Origin: Candidatus Thorarchaeota archaeon
GTDB lineage: Archaea > Asgardarchaeota > Thorarchaeia > Thorarchaeales > Thorarchaeaceae
Assembly: GCA_020348985.1 (NCBI GenBank)
Contig: CP070761.1
Coordinates: 2,157,217-2,192,801, forward strand
Reading direction: 5' to 3'
DNA length: 35,585 nucleotides
A program made the position numbers and the translations under genes. Of this stretch, positions 28,895 to 35,585 are shown in pieces. Under the pieces are notes generated by a model. That model ran no database searches and had not been told where the DNA came from. It saw only the letters and a list, made by a program, of their open reading frames with translations. Each line of letters begins with the position of its first letter. Within the stretch, counting starts at the first letter, position 1.

Positions 28895-29401
28895 TCAGCC
28901 TCGACTGAAGGTCCACAAATCATCGTTGATGTGGTGTCTGGATAGGACTACTTTCCCTTTTTTGGCCGCGAGTATCTCTTCTGTTGACATCAAGGCAATA
29001 CCGACGGCCAGAGGTTTTCCATGTGTTTCGTCCACGACAGCAACAACGGAGCCCTCTTCAATCCCATCATCAGCACTGGTCACACCCGGACGCATTATGT
29101 CTGCGCCATTGGCCACAAATTTCACTGCGCCCATATCCACCACAACCCGAGGCAGTGTGACGAATCCTTGGAGCAGGGAATGAAGGGTTGGAAAGCTCTT
29201 CTCTTCCATTTCAAAGAACAAGATTATTCCATCAAGCATTAGGATTCGTGTGCCAGTGTCCAGTATGCCAGCCTCAAGCCGTGCATCAGGAGCGATGTCA
29301 ATCGACCGGTCCCCGAGATCAAATCCGATACGCTCAAGCTCTCTCTTCTGTTCCTTCTTCTTGAGAAGATGACGTCGTTTGATTCGCTCAATCTTTGGCA
29401 T
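28895..29401 (-). CDS. PUA-domain RNA-binding protein (MCT-1/Tma20-like)
   Basis: FPTL, VVVDMGAVKFVANGADIMRPG, KPLAVG, KKGK....HHINDDLW. Confidence 0.9.
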   Translation of the reverse strand: MPKIERIKRRHLLKKKEQKRELERIGFDLGDRSIDIAPDARLEAGILDTGTRILMLDGIILFFEMEEKSFPTLHSLLQGFVTLPRVVVDMGAVKFVANGADIMRPGVTSADDGIEEGSVVAVVDETHGKPLAVGIALMSTEEILAAKKGKVVLSRHHINDDLWTFSRG

Positions 29402-29561
29402 CGCTTGGGCAGTGTCGGCAGCCTTTTTGAACGCTACGCAGACTCCGTTGTGGTCCAAATCCATGGCGTTGTCATCGTCATGTTTAAAAGCCTAGGCCAG
29501 AGCTCACCGAAAACAACTCAAGGTGAAGGCCTAGAGTTGACCTTCTCTGTTGGTGATATTA

Positions 29562-29822
29562 TTGAACCAAGGTAAACCCATGGAGATCCTTCAGAATTCG
29601 ATTGGTGCCCAGGTGCTTGTCGAGCTGAAAGGAAGAAGGAAGCTCAAGGGAAAACTCCTTGGGTTCGATCAACACCTAAACCTGATTCTTCAGGACTCCG
29701 AGGAGATTGTATCAAATCCTGAGACTGAGGAGGAAAGTGTCACACAGATTGACACTGTAATCGTGCGCGGCGACAATGTAGTCCTTGTGTCACCCCCACC
29801 AAAGAGAGCCAAAAAGGAGTAA
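29562..29822 (+). CDS. Sm-like archaeal protein (Lsm/SmAP1)
   Basis: VLVELKG..LKGKLLGFDQHLNLIL (Sm1), IVRGDNVVLVSP (Sm2); upstream of rpl37e; start uncertain 29550-29580. Confidence 0.93.
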   Translation: MNQGKPMEILQNSIGAQVLVELKGRRKLKGKLLGFDQHLNLILQDSEEIVSNPETEEESVTQIDTVIVRGDNVVLVSPPPKRAKKE

Positions 29823-29828
29823 GCCAGA

Positions 29829-30017
29829 ATGGGCAAAGGCACCCCAGCAAAAGGCAAGAAGAACAATCCACATCACATACGTTGTAGAAGGTGCGGGCGA
29901 AGGTCATACCACGTTAGACACAAGAAGTGTGCTGCTTGCGGTTACGGAGCCTCGGCCAAACTCAGGACCTACAAGTGGGCACATAAGAAGGTTCACGGCA
30001 TTCGAGTACGCGGATAG
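29829..30017 (+). CDS. rpl37e: 50S ribosomal protein L37e
   Basis: MGKGTP..GK...[13 protein letters not shown]....CAACGYG. Confidence 0.96.
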   Translation: MGKGTPAKGKKNNPHHIRCRRCGRRSYHVRHKKCAACGYGASAKLRTYKWAHKKVHGIRVRG

Positions 30018-30219
30018 GCTCCTAGTAGCTTGTTCTCAAGAAGATACACCGCTTCATGATTCTCTTGAAATCACTTGATTCTAGAAACGAGTCAACTAAC
30101 TCTATTGTGCCATCTTGTTGGAACCGAATAGCCTTTCCTCCCCATCACTCTGCCAATCAAATAGAAACTCACGCTAATACTGATACCGACATGATATGCC
30201 CTATTCTCGGGCATAAGAC

Positions 30220-30233
30220 CCGGCATATGCTTG
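30220..30233. promoter_or_regulatory. Putative operator CCGGCATATGCTTG (copy 1 of recurring pseudo-palindrome)
   Basis: Exact reverse complement of 31732-31745; 12/14 match to the reverse complement of 33619-33632. Confidence 0.65.
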
Positions 30234-30262
30234 CTGAATACTCATTTGCTCCTCAGTGAGAG

Positions 30263-31123
30263 TTGACCAGAGTCGTGGAGATGGCAGAAATGAAACCTAA
30301 AACATGTCTTTCCGACGACATTATTGAGGAGTTCATCGGTCTTCATATGGATGTTCTAAGGAGAGTCTTATTGGGTTGTGCCTTTGAAGAGATTGAGCGC
30401 TCTCTGTCCGCGAAGTTCGAAAAGCTCAACTACGAAGTGCTTGCTTCGTTCTTTTCTCTTCTCCATTTCAATGAGCGCGGCCAACTTGACAGGGCCTATC
30501 CGATTTCGCCGGTTCAAACGCCAATTAGTATCTGTGTGGAGGGTATTGGGTCAGGCTATGCTATGTGCGCAATTGACTCGCTGGGTGTGGCCTTTCTTTT
30601 TGGTGCTAAAACTGAAATCAATTCGGTTGACGCAGAGTCTGGTAATCCGATAAGGTTCACAATCGATCCGTACAAAACCCGGCCGAGAAGATTCGCCGAC
30701 ATTGTAGTAAGTTTGCCCATGACTGTTGAGGACGCCGCATTCTGCTGTCCCCACGTCCTCTTTCTAAGCTCCAATGGACGAGGAGATTTGTCGGAGAGCA
30801 CAATAACTTTTGAAGAAGCATTAGAATATGGAAAGACCTTCTTTAGCCGAGACAATATGAGTGAGAAACTGAAGTCGAAGCTGCTACCACTTCTTCACAT
30901 CTACGACTCGGGAAAGCTCACTCGTGATATTCTGATTAGGACAATTAACAGCGGCCGAAGGTTCAGTCTGCTGGGTTCGCTGTTCCCTGATGAATATGGC
31001 AGACTAATAGTGGAAGTCCTTTCTGCGAGAAGGGTAATCCACAAAACTAAGAATGAGGACGGAGAGTTTCTGGACCTCACGCCAAAAGGCAAGAGAATAG
31101 TTGAAACTTTCAGGTTTCGATAA
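30263..31123 (+). CDS. MerB (alkylmercury lyase)-like protein with C-terminal wHTH-like extension
   Basis: AYPISPVQT, YAMCAIDSLG (CxxD), SGNPI, AAFCCPHVLF match the MerB core; start may be ATG 30281/30290. Confidence 0.75.
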   Translation: MTRVVEMAEMKPKTCLSDDIIEEFIGLHMDVLRRVLLGCAFEEIERSLSAKFEKLNYEVLASFFSLLHFNERGQLDRAYPISPVQTPISICVEGIGSGYAMCAIDSLGVAFLFGAKTEINSVDAESGNPIRFTIDPYKTRPRRFADIVVSLPMTVEDAAFCCPHVLFLSSNGRGDLSESTITFEEALEYGKTFFSRDNMSEKLKSKLLPLLHIYDSGKLTRDILIRTINSGRRFSLLGSLFPDEYGRLIVEVLSARRVIHKTKNEDGEFLDLTPKGKRIVETFRFR

Positions 31124-31124
31124 G

Positions 31125-31682
31125 ATGACCTCCAACAGTAGACGAGTCTTAGGAATCGTTGGAAGTCCACGCCGTAATGGGAATACGGATACGCTTGTTG
31201 ATGAGGTATTGGCGGGTGCCAAAGAGAGCGGGGCCTCAACGCAGAAGGTAAGGTTGATTGAGAGGGTTATCAGTCCATGTGGAGCCTGTGATGTGTGTAG
31301 GAAGAAGGGCAAATGTGTACAGCAGGATGACATGTCAGACCTACTTGACGAAATGTGGAGAAGTGATGTCTGGGTATTGGGGACGCCAGTCTATTGGTGG
31401 GGGCCGACAGCACAGTTCAAGGCCTTCTTGGATCGTTGGTATGGTGTAATCAATCAGAGTCATTTCAAGAACAAGAGAATCGTCCTCGTTGTGCCCTTGG
31501 AGGACAACAGTGCTTCGGTTTATGGTCCGATTCTTGACATGTTCAGAGGAATCATCGACTATTTGGACATGAATCACGTTGCAACGGTTCTAGCCACGGG
31601 ATTATTGGAAAAGGCCGCTGCCACAAAGCATGATGAGATTTTGGTGTCCGCAAGAAAAGCCGGACGGGAAGCTGGTCGCTAG
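31125..31682 (+). CDS. Iron-sulfur flavoprotein (Isf) / NADPH-dependent FMN reductase family
   Basis: GSPRRNGNT, CGACDVCRKKGKC (Cx2Cx2Cx5C), DDM, GTPVYW, KAFLDR. Confidence 0.9.
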   Translation: MTSNSRRVLGIVGSPRRNGNTDTLVDEVLAGAKESGASTQKVRLIERVISPCGACDVCRKKGKCVQQDDMSDLLDEMWRSDVWVLGTPVYWWGPTAQFKAFLDRWYGVINQSHFKNKRIVLVVPLEDNSASVYGPILDMFRGIIDYLDMNHVATVLATGLLEKAAATKHDEILVSARKAGREAGR

Positions 31683-31731
31683 TGTGTAAGACTAGGTTCT
31701 GAAACATGAGGACTTATCAGAAAGACGGGTA

Positions 31732-31745
31732 CAAGCATATGCCGG
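31732..31745. promoter_or_regulatory. Putative operator CAAGCATATGCCGG (copy 2), just upstream of a TATA-like CATAAAT
   Basis: Exact 14-bp inverted match to 30220-30233; a further AGCATATGCC core lies at 31777-31786. Confidence 0.65.
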
Positions 31746-31781
31746 CTCATAGCATAAATGCGAAACTTCCCAGAGCAGCAT

Positions 31782-32486
31782 ATGCCAATGTTTGAGATTC
31801 TATTCAGGGTTTCACATGACTGCCCATTCGGCAACATATCTCGGAGATTTCCCGACCTCAAGATGTTTCAATGGTGCAATCGAGAGCACGAGGTCATTGA
31901 ACTGAAAGTGAACTCCCCGGACGAATACTCCAAGGTGCTTCAAGAAGTATCTGAAATAGCCGAGTTGATACATTCAGCTTCAGATGAAGGCAGAGTCCAC
32001 CTTGTGACTCGTATGTGCCAATGCTCTCGCTTTAAAACAGTATCAACCGTCATTGACAAGTTCAACCTTCTTCAGGTTCTTCCTGTGGTTTATGAACAGG
32101 GGTGGGAGTACTATCGAATCATGGCGTTCAGACACGAAGAAATCGAAGAGCTTCTCAAGGATCTCAAGAGTCAGGAGATGACCGTAGAGGTTATCCGTAA
32201 GGTGCCATTTGATGGATTTGTGGCAAGCTCACTATCCCTTACTGCCGGCGCCGTGCTATCTGAGCTCACTGAAAAGCAGATGGACGCACTTGTGACTGCC
32301 TTTGTACATGGTTACTATGAAAGGCCCAGAAGAGCCAATGTGCAGACTATCGCGACTAAGACTCGTGTCCCTAGGTCAACATTTCAAGAGCATCTACGCA
32401 AAGCCGAGAAGAAACTTGTTAATGCACTTATTCCGCATATTCAATTGTATCGAACTCAGGCTACGCAGGCCGAATCTGCTTCTTGA
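31782..32486 (+). CDS. Bat (bacterio-opsin activator)-type HTH_10 transcriptional regulator
   Basis: N-terminal HDCPF..IS sensor-type region; C-terminal LTEKQ..AL..A...GYYERPR......IA......STFQEHLRKAEKKL; probable start ATG 31782 (ORF opens 31758). Confidence 0.88.
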   Translation: MPMFEILFRVSHDCPFGNISRRFPDLKMFQWCNREHEVIELKVNSPDEYSKVLQEVSEIAELIHSASDEGRVHLVTRMCQCSRFKTVSTVIDKFNLLQVLPVVYEQGWEYYRIMAFRHEEIEELLKDLKSQEMTVEVIRKVPFDGFVASSLSLTAGAVLSELTEKQMDALVTAFVHGYYERPRRANVQTIATKTRVPRSTFQEHLRKAEKKLVNALIPHIQLYRTQATQAESAS

Positions 32487-32506
32487 TTGTGTTGACAAAC
32501 TAACTA

Positions 32507-33523
32507 TCATTTGGAGGAACATTCTCGACAAGTTTCAAGTACGGTCTTGGTACTTTCCTCCAAAAGGCATCCTACTTCACCGTGGAAAGCTGTTAGCGTT
32601 CTGATTGTCATACTTTGTCCGCCGTTTCCAGGACTTTCTTGCATTCTTGGATCGGGGCGATTAAGGATATAGATTCCAGTCACTACGAAAACAAGTCCAA
32701 TCATGAAGGTCCAATACATCGACTCTGTTAGGATGACCACGGCGAACAGCGTTCCGGACACAGGAACGAGATTGATGAATCCTCCAGTTCGCGTGGCCCC
32801 CAAGAATTCCAGGCTTTTGAAGTAAATCATGAACGCGGCGAAAGTGGCAAGGACTCCTATGTAGAGAATGTTAATCCAGAAGGTTGGGTCCAGAATGAAG
32901 GGAGACTGCCAGAATCCCTCAAAAAGAGATCCGACACCGAAGAATAACGCACCAAATGTGAAACCACCAAAAGCGGCCTCGGTTGCTGATAGACGCTCTG
33001 TTGTCAACTTTGCGAGACTTGAATACAGTCCCCAAAGAACCATTGCTGCAACAAGAATCAGATTGCCAATCAAATGACTGAATTGGAAATCAATGAGTGA
33101 TTGAACTCCTATCACAAACATGACTCCGACAAATGAGATTACAAAACCAGAATAGTACACTCGTCGTCCCAAACGTTCCTTATGGAATAGGTGAGCAAAG
33201 AGACTCACCGTCGCTGGACTGATTCCCGCTATGATTGCCCCCTGTGCAGACGTCGTGAATCTAAGTCCGTTGAGAAACAGGACCCCATATCCGAAGATAC
33301 CTGTCAGTCCTAACAGCAGCATAAGAACGATGTTGCTCTTCTGGAAGAATCTACGCCATTCAGTCCTTTGACCAATCATCAGTGGAACGAACAAAAGACT
33401 TGCAACGAGAAAGCGGAAGAACCCTATGGTCATGGGGGGTGCCATTGTAACTAGGATTTTGGCTGAGACCCAACTACCTCCCCAAAACATCATCGCTAGA
33501 CAAAGCGCAGAATAGTAAGTCAA
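32507..33523 (-). CDS. EamA/DMT family transporter
   Basis: FWGGSW..AK, FFRF, ~10 hydrophobic segments, GNLIL, INLVPV, LTE. Confidence 0.92.
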   Translation of the reverse strand: MTYYSALCLAMMFWGGSWVSAKILVTMAPPMTIGFFRFLVASLLFVPLMIGQRTEWRRFFQKSNIVLMLLLGLTGIFGYGVLFLNGLRFTTSAQGAIIAGISPATVSLFAHLFHKERLGRRVYYSGFVISFVGVMFVIGVQSLIDFQFSHLIGNLILVAAMVLWGLYSSLAKLTTERLSATEAAFGGFTFGALFFGVGSLFEGFWQSPFILDPTFWINILYIGVLATFAAFMIYFKSLEFLGATRTGGFINLVPVSGTLFAVVILTESMYWTFMIGLVFVVTGIYILNRPDPRMQESPGNGGQSMTIRTLTAFHGEVGCLLEESTKTVLETCRECSSK

Positions 33524-33618
33524 ATCCTTTCCAAGCAGTTTTCATACCTCTCATTTTGTGTCCCGCATCGCGGCCTAGGTAGGAGCAAATACAGCGGCTA
33601 GTGGTCTTAGCCATTCTA

Positions 33619-33632
33619 CCAGCATGTGCCGG
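33619..33632. promoter_or_regulatory. Putative operator CCAGCATGTGCCGG (copy 3) upstream of the EamA gene
   Basis: 12/14 identical to 31732-31745; lies in the EamA/GNAT divergent intergenic region. Confidence 0.6.
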
Positions 33633-33794
33633 GGGATTGTCTCGAGCCTGCTTGCTTTCTTGGAGAGTACAAGAATGTGCAGAGTTCGTAATGCGCTGTT
33701 GATACGATTATTCTATCGGGCCGGGCAGAAGAATAAAAGAAATGAGTATCTTCTAGTGGGTGTCGCATCTGAATGAATACAAGTTGGTGGTAGA

Positions 33795-34409
33795 GTGAGT
33801 GGGAATCTGGTTTGTCTGACGAAGTCAGATTTGGCCAGGGGTGTTGAGGTTCTCATTGATGCATTCTGGGATGATCCCTTGAATCTGTACTTCATCCCTG
33901 AAGGCGAGGATCGTTATAGAAGGCTAAGTGAGTATTTTCAATTCCGACTCAGGTTTGCCATTATCTACGGTGAGGTCTACTCCACGTCTCCCGAATTAGA
34001 AGGAATTGCCGCTTGGTTTCCTCCTGGTAGGAGTGATATGACCAACTCCCGGGTAATGCGGGCAGGTGGTTTGAGACTCATGCGGCACCTGGGAAGAGAG
34101 ACTATCACTAAGATGAGCAGCATAGGTTCTCTTACTGCCAATGTGCGCAAACAGCACCTTCCTGAACCTCATTGGCACCTGTTTCCGATTGCAGTACACC
34201 CGATGCATCAAGGTAAGGGATATGCCAGCACTCTGATGAGACCAATGCTTGATAGGATTCAGGGTGAAGGTCTGCCTTGTTTTCTTGAAACTCTAAATGA
34301 AAAGCTTGTATCTCTGTACGAACATTTCGGATTCGAAGTCATCTTCAAAGAAACAATCCCTGAGGTTGAACTCTCAAACTGGGGCATGGTTCGTTTACCA
34401 AATCCTTAG
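33795..34409 (+). CDS. GNAT family N-acetyltransferase
   Basis: AFWDDP, PHWHL..IAVHP.HQGKG (acetyl-CoA motif A), CFLET, LYEHFGF. Confidence 0.9.
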   Translation: MSGNLVCLTKSDLARGVEVLIDAFWDDPLNLYFIPEGEDRYRRLSEYFQFRLRFAIIYGEVYSTSPELEGIAAWFPPGRSDMTNSRVMRAGGLRLMRHLGRETITKMSSIGSLTANVRKQHLPEPHWHLFPIAVHPMHQGKGYASTLMRPMLDRIQGEGLPCFLETLNEKLVSLYEHFGFEVIFKETIPEVELSNWGMVRLPNP

Positions 34410-34607
34410 CAATTGTCAAAGTGAGACTCATCTGTTTCTTGAGATTACTCGCTTCACAATTCCTTTGACAACATCCTCAAGTTAAGCGAAGTATAGGTCA
34501 TGGGCAGGTGAATCAGCCGGGTGGATCTTCGTACCAACTAGTCTTGTTCTGTAGTGAACTCTGGAACATAATTGAGCTTCGGAAACCTTTTTTCTAGGCT
34601 CTATATG

Positions 34608-34624
34608 CACTGCAACTTGCAGTG
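34608..34624. promoter_or_regulatory. Perfect 8-1-8 palindrome CACTGCAA-C-TTGCAGTG next to a TATA-like box
   Basis: Directly follows CTATATG (34601-07), about 100 nt upstream of the beta-helix gene. Confidence 0.45.
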
Positions 34625-34724
34625 TTGTCATATCCATGATGTAGCTTCAATACTCCCTCGGTAAGTCTGAGAGAACGCAATGACTTCTTGTACTTCAACA
34701 CTACTAGGAGAGGAGAGAGTGGCT

Positions 34725-35585
34725 ATGGCTCACAGTGACAGAGTCAGAAGATGCTTTTTGTCACTGGCGCTGTTCACGTTCTTGTTGGCCTTAGCGGCAA
34801 ATGTGACACCTGTCGCATACCTTGATGCGATGGCTCATCAGTCAGATGTGGTGGTCTCAAAACCTGAGAGAAGGGAAATGCGTCTTGCAGGCACTCCACA
34901 TGATCCCATAGTAATTGATGGGGATGCCAACTTCTCTGACACAGTTCTGCTTGAGGGGTGGCCTGGGGACGGTTCTCCTGAGAATCCTTACATAATCGAC
35001 GGGTTGGACATTGACCTTGGTGGTGCAGCTGGTGACTGCATAAGCATCAGCAATACGCGAATCAGCTTCATTATACGCAACTGTAATCTCACTGGTGCGG
35101 GGTACTGGGGCCCTGATGAATGGGACTGGGATCTTGGTGAGAGAGCTGGAATCTACTTAGAGAACATCACCAACGGGGAGCTAGTCAACAACATCTGCAA
35201 CAGCAATGGACGGGGCATCAGTATCGAATCCTCGAATTCCATCACAGTGTTCAACAACACCTGCAACAGCAATGGATGGGGCATATGGCTATCTGACTCA
35301 GATTCCAGCACCGTGGTGAGCAACACCTGCAATGGCAACAGGGCAGATGGCATCTCCCTTCCCGATGGGAGCTTTAATACGGTGTCCGACAACACCTGCA
35401 ACGATAATGAATGGGGCATCTGGCAAGTTGGCTCACATTACAACACAGTGGTGAATAACACCTGCTCCAACAACGTCTTTGTTGGCATAGACGTCATTGA
35501 ATCCAATTCCAACACTGTTTCCGACAACACCTGCAACGGCAACGACATTGGCATCAACCTCGATACATCATATTTCAACAATGTG
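34725..35585 (+). CDS. Secreted/surface right-handed parallel beta-helix (NosD/CASH-like) protein, 3'-truncated by window end; missing from ORF track
   Basis: Open frame from ATG 34725 (or GTG 34719; purine-rich SD): signal-like FLSLALFTFLLALAA, HDPIVIDGDANF, GWPGDGSPENPYII, GIxL...NNTCNxN repeats. Confidence 0.88.
   Translation, partial: MAHSDRVRRCFLSLALFTFLLALAANVTPVAYLDAMAHQSDVVVSKPERREMRLAGTPHDPIVIDGDANFSDTVLLEGWPGDGSPENPYIIDGLDIDLGGAAGDCISISNTRISFIIRNCNLTGAGYWGPDEWDWDLGERAGIYLENITNGELVNNICNSNGRGISIESSNSITVFNNTCNSNGWGIWLSDSDSSTVVSNTCNGNRADGISLPDGSFNTVSDNTCNDNEWGIWQVGSHYNTVVNNTCSNNVFVGIDVIESNSNTVSDNTCNGNDIGINLDTSYFNNV
35190..35545 (+). repeat. Six coding tandem repeats of 66/69 nt (AACACCTGC cores)
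   Basis: Cores at 35190 (AACATCTGC), 35256, 35322, 35391, 35457, 35526; spacing 66,66,69,66,69. Confidence 0.8.

Noticed and set aside
30018-30259. Small ORFs 29785-30078 and 30056-30259
   Set aside because: No motifs; the first overlaps rpl37e and the second the putative operator region
35190-35545. 66-69-nt periodic repeats as a CRISPR array
   Set aside because: Period is a multiple of 3 inside an open coding frame, the cores are short and degenerate, and there are no cas genes

Overview
Archaeal chromosomal segment, most likely from an Asgard archaeon (Thorarchaeota-like). This taxonomic call is inferred from eL38, eL40, Nip7/Nop2, SepF, Alba and a NosD-type surface protein; no database search was run. 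Positions 1-30017 are mostly housekeeping genes: thrC, nop2-nip7, PAC2 chaperone, sucCD, rpl40e, an intron-containing tRNA-Val, rpl38e, two beta-CASP nucleases, alba-nusA2, truD-pth2, GGR-pus10-rpl21e-rpo4-DUF655-ksgA-hemK-FKBP-psmB-aCPSF1, sepF, PUA, lsm-rpl37e. Three oddities are embedded in this block: (i) a Hel308/Ski2-like pseudo-helicase whose ATPase motifs are all degenerate, with a SWIM zinc finger inserted into its winged-helix domain; (ii) a second divergent Hel308-like protein fused to an N-terminal winged HTH; (iii) a membrane-anchored cytochrome c with about 9 hemes. From 30018 onward is an accessory region. There a 14-bp pseudo-palindrome (CMRGCAYRTGCYKG) recurs upstream of a MerB-like/iron-sulfur flavoprotein operon, a Bat-type HTH regulator and an EamA exporter, suggesting a self-contained regulon. 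Several ribosomal-protein and proteasome/terminator genes have structured 5' leaders. The ORF track missed rpl40e (9797-9952), the tRNA and the truncated beta-helix gene at 34725->end.
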